From NCBI RefSeq assembly GCF_006345805.1, contig NC_043005.1:65844001-65908000 (forward strand): a stretch of 64,000 nucleotides of DNA. Direction: 5' to 3'. Numbering within the stretch: position 1 is the stretch's first letter; each line of letters begins with the position of its first letter. A program made the translations under genes and the position numbers. Positions 36,757-48,493 of this stretch are shown one piece after another. The notes beneath the pieces are model-generated. The model made no database searches. It saw only the letters and a program-made list of their open reading frames with translations, and was not told the DNA's origin. The DNA comes from Octopus sinensis (Eukaryota).

Positions 36757-39700
36757 GCCTTTGACGAAGTGGAAGGGGGTATAGCTACACATGGGGTAGA
36801 AGACAACTGGACGTTTCTGAGGGACAACCTGCTGAAAGCCGCTGACCAGATCTGTGGCTGGTGCAAAGTCCCCTTAAGACCCAAAATAACGTGGTGGTGG
36901 GAACAATATTGTTGACAGGGCTATTAGACAAAAGAAACAGGCTTGGAAGGCCTGGAAGAACGGTGGTAGCAGGGAAGGGTATCAGACTGCCAGAAGGGAA
37001 GCTAGGAGACAGGTCTATCTAACCAGAGGGGAAGCAGATAAGAGAAAATTTGCCAATGTCCTGCGCCGTGAGGATGAAAGACTTGAGGTATTTCGTGTTG
37101 CAAGACAGTGTGTGAGAGAGAATCGTGATGTGGTAGGAGAGAAATGTGTTCGCATGGAGGATGGTTCACTTGCGCTAAATGAGGATGCAAAGAGAGAAGC
37201 TTGGAGACGCCACTATGAAAGGTTACTGAATGAGGAAAATGAATGGGATAAAGAGAGTCTGCCGAATGTTGACCCTACAGAGGGACCAGCTATCCGAGTT
37301 GATAGTTCCGTGGTAGCTAAGGCAATTAGAAGCATGAAGACAGGGAAAGCCCCAGGCCCATCAGGAATTACTGCAGAGATGCTCAAAATATCTGGCAGTG
37401 TCGGCTATAACCTAGTCACCCGTATAGTCAACCAGGTGATACACGAAGGAGTCATACCCAATGACTGGTGCAGCAGCATACTAGTCAACTGCTACAAAGG
37501 TAAAGGTGATGCCCTAGATACAAATAATTACAGAGGTATCAAGCTGTTGGATCAAGTAATGAAGGTTACGGAGAGGGTCATAGCCCAACTAATTAGAGAG
37601 AGAGTTAGTTTAGATGAGATGCAGTTTGGGTTCGTGCCAGGGAAAAGTACCACTGATGCTATATTCCTGGTAAGGCAGCTGCAGGAGAAATACCTAGCCA
37701 AAGATAAGCCCCTGTACCTGGCTTTCGTTGACATGGAGAAAGCTTTTGATAGGGTCCCCCGATCCCTTATCTGGTGGTCAATGAGGAAACTAGGGATAGA
37801 TGAATGGCTGGTGAGGACTGTGCAAGCCATGTACAGAGATGCCGTAAGTAAGGTTAGGGTTGGCAACATGTACACAGAAGAATTCAAAGTAGAGGTTGGG
37901 GTCCACCAGGGTTCAGTACTCAGCCCCCTCCTATTTATCATAGTACTCCAGGCAATTACGGAGGAATTCAAGACAGGCTGTCCCTGGGAGCTCCTCTACG
38001 CTGACGACCTTGCTCTTATTGCTGAGTCACTATCAGAACTGGAGGAGAAGTTCCAGGTGTGGAAGGAGGGTTTAGAATCAAGGGGCCTTAGAGTCAACCT
38101 AGCTAAAACCAAAGTACTAATAAGTAGAAAGGTAGACAATCCACAAATATCTTCAGGAAGATGGCCCTGCTCGATCTGTAGAAAAGGTGTAGGTAGAAAC
38201 TCTATAAGATGTACCCAGTGTAAGCTATGGACACATAAGAGGTGCAGCAATGTCAAAGGTAGGCTAACTGGGAAGATAGTTTTTGTATGTGGCAGATGCT
38301 CGGGAGCATTAACCTCCGAAAATCTGCAGAAAACAACTTCCGTCACTTTCCAGGGGGAAAAACTAGAAGTAGTTGATAGCTTCCGTTATCTAGGTGACCA
38401 AGTCAGTAGTGGGGGTGGGTGCGCTGAAAGTGTAACTGCTAGAATAAGAATAGCCTGGGCAAAGTTTAGGGAGCTCTTACCTCTGCTGGTGACTAAAGGC
38501 CTCTCGCTCAGAGTAAAAGGCAGACTGTATGATGCGTGTGTACGAACAGCCATGCTACATGGCAGCGAAACATGGGCCGTGACTGCTGAGGACATGCGTA
38601 AGCTCGTGAGGAATGAAGCCAGTATGCTCCGATGGATGTGTAATGTCAGTGTACATACTCGACAGAGCGTTAGCACCTTGAGAGAAATGTTGTACCTAAG
38701 AAGCATCAGTTGTGGTGTGCAAGAGAGACGATTGCGCTGGTATGGTCATGTGGCGAGAATGGATGAAGATAGGTGTGTGAGAAAGTGCCAATCCCTAGCA
38801 GTTGAGGGAACCCGTGGAAGAGGTAGACCCAGGAAAACCTGGGACGAGGTGGTGAAGCACGACCTTCGAACTTTAGGCCTCACTGAGGAAATGACCAGAG
38901 ACCGAGACCTTTGGAAATATTCTGTACGTGAGAAGACCAGGCAGGACAAGTGAGCCCAGCCCACTTATGAATGCCTTTCCTCCCTTGGACACAAAGACCG
39001 GTTGAGGCAAGCGAAGTCGATATAGAACCTCATCCGACGACAGACACCCATGCCAACCCCCCATGCTTGCGAAGACATGTTGGGGCAAGCGAAATCGAAA
39101 TCGAAACCGAATTGAACCAGCCAGGATCCCTGGTCTGGAGGTACGTAAAAAGCACTATCCGACTCGTGGCCGTGGCACGTAAAATACTCCAATGCGACCG
39201 TACGACAGGCACCCATGCCAACCCCCTTTGCTTGTGAAGACATGTTGGGGCAAGCGAAATCGAAATCGAATTGAACCAGCCAGGATCCCTGGTCTGGAGG
39301 TACGTAAAAAGCACTATCCGACTCGTGGCCGTGGCACGTAAAATACTCCAATGCGACCGTACGACAGGCACCCATGCCAACCCCCTTTGCTTGTGAAGAC
39401 ATGTTGGGGCAAGCGAAATCGAAATCGAATTGAACCAGCCAGGATCCCTGGTCTGGTGGTACGTAAAAAGCACTATCCGACTCGTGGCCGATGCCAGCAC
39501 CGCCTCGACTGGCTTCCGTGCCGGTGGCACATAAAATACACCAATCTGACCGTGGCCGTTGCCAGCCCCGCCTGGCACCTGTGCAGGTGGCACGTAAAAA
39601 GCACCCACTACACTCACGGAGTGGTTGGCGTTAGGAAGGGCATCCAGCTGTAGAAACATTGCCAGATTAGACTGGAGCCTGGTGCAGCCTTCTGGCTTCC

Positions 39701-39775
39701 CAGAACCCCGGTCGAACCGTCCAACCCATGCTAGCATGGAGAACGGACGTTAAACGACGATGATGATGATGATGA
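36757..39775 (+). mobile_element. Young 5'-truncated RTE-clade LINE with an intact RT frame (open about 36903-38953), long 3' UTR and (GAT)n tail
   Basis: NYRGIKLL, QFGFVPG.ST.DAIF, FVDMEKAFD, GVHQGSVLSPLLF, LLYADDL, FRYLG, RRLRWYGHV. No endonuclease domain is present. Confidence 0.97.
39035..39495 (+). repeat. About 3 tandem copies of a 159-165 bp unit in the RTE 3' UTR
   Basis: GACATGTTGGGGCAAGCGAAATCGAAATCGAA starts at 39074, 39239 and 39398. Confidence 0.92.
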
Positions 39776-39847
39776 TATGTATATGTATAGAGATTTATAT
39801 ATATATATCTATATATATATATATAGATTTATATATTTTTTTAATAT

Positions 39848-40600
39848 CTAGTTTCAGCTCACAAGCTGTGGCCATGCTGGGGCACTGCCATTTGGTGTTG
39901 CTACATAATTCACGAATGCTTTTTAGGAATTGACATTTGGTGCATGAGGGAGTTTGATGCAGCTGCTCTCATCTGCACCTCCAGCCATGAAGTTGGTTCA
40001 TCTGGGACAGTTGACAGTAAGAGGTCCAGCTTTATTTTGAAGACACCTACATCCACCTCATGCAGGTCTCTCAGGTCCTTTGGGAGGATATTGAAGGGCT
40101 GTGGACCTCTGAAGCCCAGGTTATTACTGTATCTTGTTCTACATCTTGATGACAAATTTGGAGTCCTTGGCACTATCCAGTGGTGCCCAGTTCTAGTATT
40201 TGTGTAACTCTTGGTGCCAAAGTTTGGGACAAGTCCTTCCAGGATCTTCTAGATGTATATTATGGCATATCTTTCTCGCCTACACTCTAAGAAATAGTCT
40301 TAATCTCTTGAGTCTTTCCCAGAAGCTTATATGCTGCATAGAGGCTATCTTCTTTGTGTAGCTTCGTTGGATTGCCTCAAGTTCTGAGATTAATTTGACA
40401 CTGGTTGGTGACCATAGCTGAGAGCAATAGTCAAAGTGGCTTAGGACAAGTGTCCTCCAGAGGACCATCATGGTTTCCTGGTCTCTTGTTCTAAAAGCTC
40501 TGAGAATCCATCTGGTCAGCCACCTGCACTTCATTGCCAATTTAGCAACATGCACATGGAAGGATGCATCATTACTCATGTAAATGCCCAGGTCTTGCAC
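39848..40600 (-). mobile_element. CR1-group LINE 3' fragment (copy A)
   Basis: QDLGIYMS, LSHFDYCSQLWSP, ELEAIQRSYTKKI, FNILPKDLR...VFKIKLDLLLSTVPDEP. Confidence 0.85.
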
Positions 40601-40719
40601 AAATACTAGAACTGCATAGTGCCAAGGACTCCAAATTCACCATCAAGATATAGGACAAGTCCTTTGCTGGCAATAAAAAAATGCCAACTTTTAAAAAACC
40701 GAAAATTATCCAAAAACTT

Positions 40720-41222
40720 ATATTTAATCATATCAAAGGGAAATGGAAATTAATAGAAATTTTCATTTCTAGTGGCCTAGTGTGTAAAAATTTAGTCCAA
40801 AGACTGTGTATATGCAGTAGATTTTTGAAAAAATTAGGATGTATAAACAAGAGGCACATAGTTGATCACCTTGTGCTTATATATTTAATCTAAGGTGTCC
40901 TTGTTGAAAACGATTTCACCTTGCAAGTAAAAGTAATTTACTTGCTAACTAAAATCAGAAACCAAGTGGTCCAGGAAATTAGATAGTAAAATGTTTTTAT
41001 TTTTTCATTTCGTTCCTGTCGCATTTTATCCCCAATTTTGTGGTTATAGAACCTAGCTGTTCTTTCTAGCATGTTGAAACCCATGAGTGGATTCCTCTTG
41101 TGTTTAAATTTACGCTGTATTTTATGAGTAATACATAGTCTTTGGACTAAATTTTTACACGCTAGGCCACTGGAGGTGAATACTTCTATTAATTTCCATT
41201 TCCCTTCGATATGATTAAATAT
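40720..41222. mobile_element. MITE-like element with imperfect terminal inverted repeats of about 90 bp
   Basis: ATATTTAATCATATC...TTTAGTCCAAAGACT at 40720-40810 is mirrored at 41130-41222. Confidence 0.75.
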
Positions 41223-41223
41223 G

Positions 41224-41258
<35 letters not shown>

Positions 41259-41299
41259 ATGTATATATGTAATATATATATATATATATTTTTTTTTCT

Positions 41300-43190
41300 T
41301 TGTAGTTTCAGCTCAGAGCTGTGGCCATGCTGGAACACCACAGTTTTGCTACACTGTTATTACTGAGAGCCTCCTCTAATATGTGGCACTTGGTGAAGAA
41401 TGGAGTTTGATGTAGCTACCCTCATTTGCACCTATTGCCGTGAGGTAGACTCATCTAGGACTCTTGACAGGAAGAGGTCCAGCCTTGATTTAAAAATGCC
41501 TACATCTACTTTGTGCAGGTTCCTCAAGCTCTTTGGGAGAATATTAAAAAGCCGTGTGCTCCTGAAACTCTGGCTGTTGCAGTAACTGGTCCTGAAGTGC
41601 GATGGCATTGCCGGGATCTTTGGCACTGTGCAGTGTCAACCCGTTCTGGCATTGGTGTAACTTTCAATGCCAAAATTTGGCACAGTTCTTTCCAGGATCT
41701 TTCAGATGTTTATAACTGCATACCTCTACTATCTTCGCTCCAGAGAGTAGAGTCTTAGCAGTTTCAGCCTTTCCCAGTAGCTGAGCTGTTGCAAAGAGAC
41801 GATCATCTTTGTGAAGCTTCACTGGATTGCTTCAAGGTCCGCTGTTAATTTTACATTGTTGGGTGATCATAGCTGGGTGCAGTAATCCAGGTGGCTGAGA
41901 ACGAATATTCTCCATAGGACCATCATGGTTTCCTTATCTCTGGTTCTGAATGTTCTCAGGATCCATCCATCCAGTTGTCTGCACTTTGTTGCCATCCTGG
42001 TAATGTGCACTTGGAAAGAGGTATCCTCACTCATGTTGAAACCCAGGTCCCTCACTGATTAACACTCTGGAATTGAAATTCCCTGTGGATCAGTGTACCC
42101 TGTAAGTTTCATATTCAGTTTTGGGTACTGGTAGTGCATGGCTTGGAATTTTTGAGCATTAAACTGCATATCATTATCCTCAGCCCATCTGTAAATTGAA
42201 TCCAGTTCCTGCTGCAGATGTGCAACATAGATGAGATTCTGTATTTTCTGCAAGACTTTCATATTGTCTGTGTAGCAAGCAAGGGTGGCTATCTGGGCAG
42301 TTGAGGGCATATCTGAGAGGGCCGCTATGAAAAGCAGTGGTCCCAAGACAGTGCCCTGTGGAACACCGCTCACTATTTGTATTTTCATTGAGGTGCCTCC
42401 ATTGGCCACTACTGCCTGACTTCTATCTTTCAGAAAGTCATGTAACCACTCTCCAAGTTTTCCAGCTATGCCGAGATCATGCAGTTTGTGGCATATCATA
42501 CCATGATCTACTTTATCAAAAGCTTTTGCAAAGTCAAGGTATATTATGAGCACATTTGAGTTTTTGAGTAACTGCCTGAACACCCAGTCATAATGTTGCA
42601 AGAGCTGGGTCAGGCAGCTCCTACTTGGTCAAAAGCCATGCTGGGTCTCACTCAGCAAGTTATTTTCTTCAAGGAATGCGATTAGTTTCCCTCTGGTCAG
42701 AGAGATAGGCCTATATGTTTTGGCATCTCCTCTGCTTCCCCCTTTATGGATTGGGCATATTATTCCCTCCTTCAGCTTCCTTGGTAGCCTGCCATTTGCA
42801 AGAAAGCTCTGGAAGAGAATCTGGATGGGTTTTGCCAGGGCACACACGATTTGAGGAGGATTGCTAGGAAACCATCAGGACCAGCACTTGAGTTTGCGTC
42901 CACCTCATCTATGGCTAGTAGTACATCTTCTTCACTAATGTCGATGTATTCCATCATAACTGCCCTGCTGGTTATAGGTGAGGCGGCAAAGAAATCCACT
43001 GGTTTGTTCACTTGTCTGCATTCCAATGGGGTGGTAAAGACACTTTTGAGCTGGTCATTCAGTACCTCACTGATCCTGGTTGGACTATCTGTGAGGGAGC
43101 CTTTCTTTTGGAAGAGGGCTCCTATCTTGCAGTGTACTGAGACTGTTTCTTTCGCTTAATAAAAGAAGGCATTTGGGTTTGACTTAATAT
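41300..43190 (-). mobile_element. CR1-group LINE, decayed RT plus 3' end (copy B)
   Basis: IYLDFAKAFDKVDHG, SGVPQGTVLGPLLF, YTDN in place of YADD, YRPISLT; frameshifted. Confidence 0.9.
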
Positions 43191-43399
43191 ATATATATAT
43201 AAATATATATATATGTGTATTTTTATATCTTGTTATATTTATTTAGTTATATCTCACCATATTGATTGTAATTATTGTACTGTATTAATGTCTAATCTCA
43301 TTGCTATTGTGTAGTGTTTTAATAAAGTATATGATTCGGTATTATCTGATAGTTGATGATTGATTTAGATATATTTCTCCATTTTCTCATTTTGTATAT

Positions 43400-43436
<37 letters not shown>

Positions 43437-43639
43437 GTATGTATGTATGTATAATATATATTTATATATATGTATGTATGTATAATATACATTTATATAT
43501 ATGTATGTATGTATAATATATATTTATATGTATGTATGTATAATATATATATATATATATATGTCTGTATGTATGTATGTATAATATATATATATATATA
43601 TATAATATATTATATACATATAATATGTAAAATATATAT

Positions 43640-43950
43640 GTGCCGGTGGCATGTTAAAAACAACATTCGAATGTGGTCATTGCCAATGCCACCGGATTGG
43701 CTCCCGTGCAGGTAGCATGTAAAAACACCTTTGAGCATGGACTTTGCCAGGACCGCCTGACTGGCCCTCATGCCGGTGGCATGTAAAAACACCCACTACA
43801 CTCTCGGAGTAGTTGGTGTTAGGAAAGGCATCCAGCTGTAGAAACTTTGCCAGATCAGATTGAACCTGATGCAGCCTCTGGCTCACCAGTCCTCAGTCAA
43901 ACTGTCCAACCCATACCAGCATGGAAAAAAGACGTTAAATGATGATGAAT
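43640..43950 (+). mobile_element. Family C (RTE-tail) non-autonomous element
   Basis: Shares CACTCTCGGAGT.GTTGG.GTTAGGAA.GGCATCCAGCTGTAGAAAC...CCA..C.AGCATGG...GACGTTAAA.GATGATG. Similar copies lie at 44265-44420, 48985-49210, 49715-50015 (+), and 32880-33015 and 51230-51540 (-). Confidence 0.8.
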
Positions 43951-44029
43951 ATATATATATATATATAAGGAAAAATAATTTCAAAAATGAACAATTCAAA
44001 CTTTTTGAGAGGTCCAAAAAGAGAGAAAG

Positions 44030-46000
44030 AATGATTTCTAATAAAGATTCATCATATTCATAAAAAACAGCCAGAGCAAGTAATAAGAATATGAAAATAG
44101 TAGTTGAAAGATATCGTTATTGGTATAAATATACCATAAACAATTATAGAAAAATGGAGGAGAAAAAGGTGTTGCATCAGAATTAGATTTAATACAAAAT
44201 AGGATTCAATACATATGCGCGTTTCAAAGGACAATGCAAATATCTAAGAAAAAATTATAACCATACACTCTCGGAGTGGTTGGCATCAGGAAGGGCATCC
44301 AGCTGTAGAAACTCTCCCAGACCAGATTGGAGCCTAGTGCAGCCACTGGCTCTCCAGACCTCAGTCAAACTGTCCAACCCATGCTAGCATAGAAAATGGA
44401 CGTTAAACAATGATGATACATATATAAATACATATAACAAGAATAAGAAAACCCATTTTATACAATTCGATATATGTAACTATTACCAGTCTATTACGGA
44501 GGATCTACTAGTGAAAGTAATTGTTTGCCGAGAAATTTATTTTCACAGCTAGGACAACCTTGATTTCTTTTAAAAACAAACTCTGGACCCGTAATGATAT
44601 TGACGAAAATTTCAACATTACTATGGGTTCCTCTGATTCAGCCCAGATCATGGTCCTGGTGGGCCTGTTCCTCCTTTCAAAAATGAAGGAGGAATTCCTA
44701 AACATCAGAGGAGGTTTGTATAGGGACGATGCTCTATTTGCTATTTCAGGTTGTACATTACCAACAATCTATAGAATGGAGAAAAACTTAAATTTTTTAA
44801 GGTATATAATTTGGAGATCTTGTCTGAAAATACCACTAAAACTGTTAACTTTCTAGATGTAACATTAAATTTGGATAATAGGTTATTTTATCCCTATTAT
44901 AAGCCAGATAAAAACCATCCAATATATCCACACATTATCTAACCATCCCCAAAGTATCATCAACAGAGTGATTAGGGGAATTTCGATTAAATGATCTAAC
45001 TTGTCAGCAAACCAAATAGTTTCTAATAATGTCACACTGTTTTTAACACGGCTTTGAGGAATAGTGGTTTTAGTGAAGATATATATATCCTATTCAAATA
45101 CTGATTAGGTAAATGTTTTCCAAACCTAGCTGAATCCAGTATTGATATCTCATTTGTAAATAACCATTAGGAGATTTTCTAGGTATCCTAGCATGTATAA
45201 TAATAATAATGATAATAATAATAACAAAAAGCAGCAAACTGGAAGTAAGACTGAGAAAACGGGAAATTATATGGTTTAACCCCCACCACTTTTTCCCTGT
45301 AGGTTAAAAATCTCCCTAAGATGTTTTTTTAATATCATCAATAAGAATTTCCCTGTGGGCCATAAACACCGTTCTATCTTTAATAAATCCTGTCTAAAAC
45401 TACATACTCATCTATGCCTAATTTAGGATCGATAATCACATGGAACAATAGATTCAAGCTTGGGAATAATGGGAATAAGGGTAGCCCCAATACGAGTAGG
45501 ATTAATAACAGATAAAGAACGCACAGGGATGAGCAACTGAAATAAAGCCTGCAATTGTCAGAACTGCAATTTATGTCCATTAGAGGCTTCCTGTCTAAGG
45601 AAAAATGTCATATACAAGACTGAGGTCATAATTGCCCATTAACCTAGGAAAGTATACATAGGAACTACCACAGATTTCAAAACAAGATATAGAGAAAACA
45701 TCAGCTCTTTCTTGAACTCAGGAACAAAAAATGCCACTGCACTGGCTACATATATTAACAAACTAAAAATGCAAGATAAGGAATTTAGATTAGACTAGTT
45801 GATCATAACGGAAACCATCCCATATAAAAAGTATACTGGAAAGAGTAAGTTATGTACGAAGGAATCAATAGGTATACTTCATACAGACAAGAAAATTTTA
45901 ATTAATAAAATATCAGACCGTATAATTGCATGTAGGCATAAATATTTAGCTACGTTTAAGTTTTTTAAAAAGTAGAAAGGATAGAATCTGATCTTATGAA
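44030..46000 (+). mobile_element. Penelope-like element (YRDD-type RT plus GIY-YIG endonuclease), decayed
   Basis: FNITMGSSDSAQIMVLVGL...GGLYRDDAL, SNHPQSII, WFNPP, then NC..CPL...VIYK.EV...KVYIGTT.DFKTRY. Confidence 0.85.
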
Positions 46001-46805
46001 CTTTGACTTACCTTAAGAAAATAATAATTTCTTCCACTTTGGCTAGATTTGATCAACCTAAAAGTTTAAGGGTAAAATTCTTTATACATCTTAGTAATTC
46101 ACAGGCTTAGTGTCACATTCAAACCTATTAACCTTATATATATATAAGTTGTAAGTTAACTATCCTTGTAAATCGTAAATCACAAATATCAGTGAATTTT
46201 TAGACTGTTCCCACTAACATTTTACATATATGGATTCCCCTTACTTTAATTGTTTACTATTTTTAATTATCAGCAATCCAACTATCTTATATAGTTAACC
46301 AGGTTTAACCCAAATTTGAATCCTCATTTTATTTTATTTCTACAAATATTTTAAATTTCATTTTCATTTGCACAAATGTTTTACTTCACAACTTTTTCCA
46401 CTTCACAAAGCCTTTCTATATTATTGCAAACTTCTTTTTAAAATACTATAACATTTTTTTACAAAAATATAAGATTACTGAATATGACTTCAAGTTTTGT
46501 AAGTAGGAGATATTTTAAGCTTTCTCAATGTTTAAACTATTTTAATTGATTTATTTGTACCTCTGATGAGAGAAATGCGACTATTTGTTTCGGCTGGAAA
46601 ACTCACCCAATACAAACACATTCCTCAAAATGATCGTAAGGTTTTGTAATACTGCTTTTCTTTGGATTGTAATAATCGAGCGCTTGAAACCTGACATCTC
46701 GATGTATTTTTTTATGTATATTGTTTTCTCATGATAATGGAACTTGACCTATAAAATCTGTCATCCGCTTTGATTTTGTTATATTTCACTCATATTGAGC
46801 ACTAA

Positions 46806-47121
46806 CTAGGTGTGTTGCAACAAAGGTTCTCCTCTTGTCTTATTATTCAATATCTGCTCAAACTGAGCACTTCTTGCAGCTTTAACTTATGGAGCAACAA
46901 TTTCTAGGGCTGTTCGCAAAAAATATCCCAATACCAACGAGGGGACTATACATGGATTTATTATTACAAAATAATTAGTGAGTTCATCAGAAGAATGAGA
47001 TGGAAAGCATACTTTTACGATGATAAGAAAGGAAGGCTAATTAATAATAATAGAAATTTGAACAACTACAACTTAAAGACCTATAGATATCCACCCCACA
47101 ACCCCACACTTGAGAACTTTG
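46806..47121 (+). mobile_element. N-terminal ORF fragment of a Penelope-like element, flanked by a 17+ bp direct repeat
   Basis: SEFIRRMRWKAYFY...KTYRYPP; CTCATATTGAGCACTAA at 46789-46805 and 47122-47138. Confidence 0.6.
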
Positions 47122-47177
47122 CTCATATTGAGCACTAATTAGATGCACAGCATATATATATATATATATATATATTT

Positions 47178-47222
<45 letters not shown>

Positions 47223-47296
47223 CTGGTGTTAAATTGATGTTAATTAAATTAATATCCAATTTCTCAATATATCCAATATATTAATATCCAATATAT

Positions 47297-47343
<47 letters not shown>

Positions 47344-48203
47344 TAAAAAATGGTTGTGGGATTAATAAGTAGGATAGAGATCATGATATATATATCACTG
47401 TGATCACTGTGACTAACCAGGCTATCAGATGTTGCTACACATCGCTGGTCCCAATGCGCTTCACATTGTTTTAGCCTTCAAATGACGCCACCCTGCTGGC
47501 TAAGCGAGTAGGTCAACAGAAGAAAGAGTGAGAGAAAGTTGTGGTGAAAGAGTACAGCAGGGATCACCACCACCCCCTGCCAGAGCCTCGTGGAGCTTTT
47601 AAGTGTCTTCGCTCAATAAACACTCACAACGCCTGGTTTGGGAATCAAAACTGCGACTCCGCTGCCCTAACCACTGGGCCGTTGTGCCTCCACATATATA
47701 GTTAATAAAAAAAAAGCAAGGATAAACACAAGAAAAAACAACAACACGTGGACATGGTACATGCAAAGTATTAGCAGACATATGATAGGCTTCGTTCAGT
47801 TTTCGGTTTCTGTCTACCAAATCCAGACATGGTCTAAGGCTATTACTTCATGATGGTATATATATGTTAATATATATGCTTATATTTCATATATTATATA
47901 TATGTACATCTATATGTATATAAATATCTACATACATGTGTGTGCATATATATATTTATATATATATATCATCATCATCATCATCATCATCAAAACGGAC
48001 GTTAAACGATGATGATGATGATATATACATACAAACACATACACACAGACACAAACATACATTATGTGTGTGATACTTTCAACTGAGACATTACAATCGT
48101 TTCTGATTCTTCAGGTGCTTCAATTCTGTGTATGTACATATATTTACTGGATTGCTGACATTTATTGATTGTTTTCCCCATTGTGTTGATGTGCCATTTT
48201 ATA

Positions 48204-48493
48204 TCTTTATATATAAAAATGAAGTTGTGTGTGTGTCTGTCTACTCCGATTTAGATTCCTAACTACTCCCACATTTTGTGGTGCAGTTTAACCAAAAGCG
48301 GGTATCTTATAGTCGTGATTCATATCGAGCCCTTCTGGGTATTACCGCGCGTCTACGATTTAAAAACAAATTTACCATAATTTTTCCGCATTTTTAATGT
48401 TTTTGCTTGGTTTATATAAGGGAAGTAACTCTCTAAAATGCTTATATAGTTATTTCCCTTACAAACCTGAGCAACGCTGGGCGATACTGCTAG
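48204..48493 (+). mobile_element. Non-autonomous Helitron (290 bp)
   Basis: A|TC...ATATAAAA 5' end; subterminal hairpin CCTGAGCAACGCTGGG; CTAG|T 3' end; no TSD. Confidence 0.75.

Noticed and set aside
37552-38964. Antisense ORFs over the RTE, and ORFs in its 3' UTR repeats (38965-39737)
   Set aside because: Shadow frames of the RT ORF and of tandem repeats.
39035-39495. CRISPR-like or satellite array
   Set aside because: The units are contiguous near-identical 159-165 bp duplications without unique spacers, inside a LINE UTR in a eukaryote.
46563-46700. CTGATGAG...GAAAC as a hammerhead in the Penelope-like tail
   Set aside because: Could not form stem I or a convincing stem III with a matching cleavage triplet.
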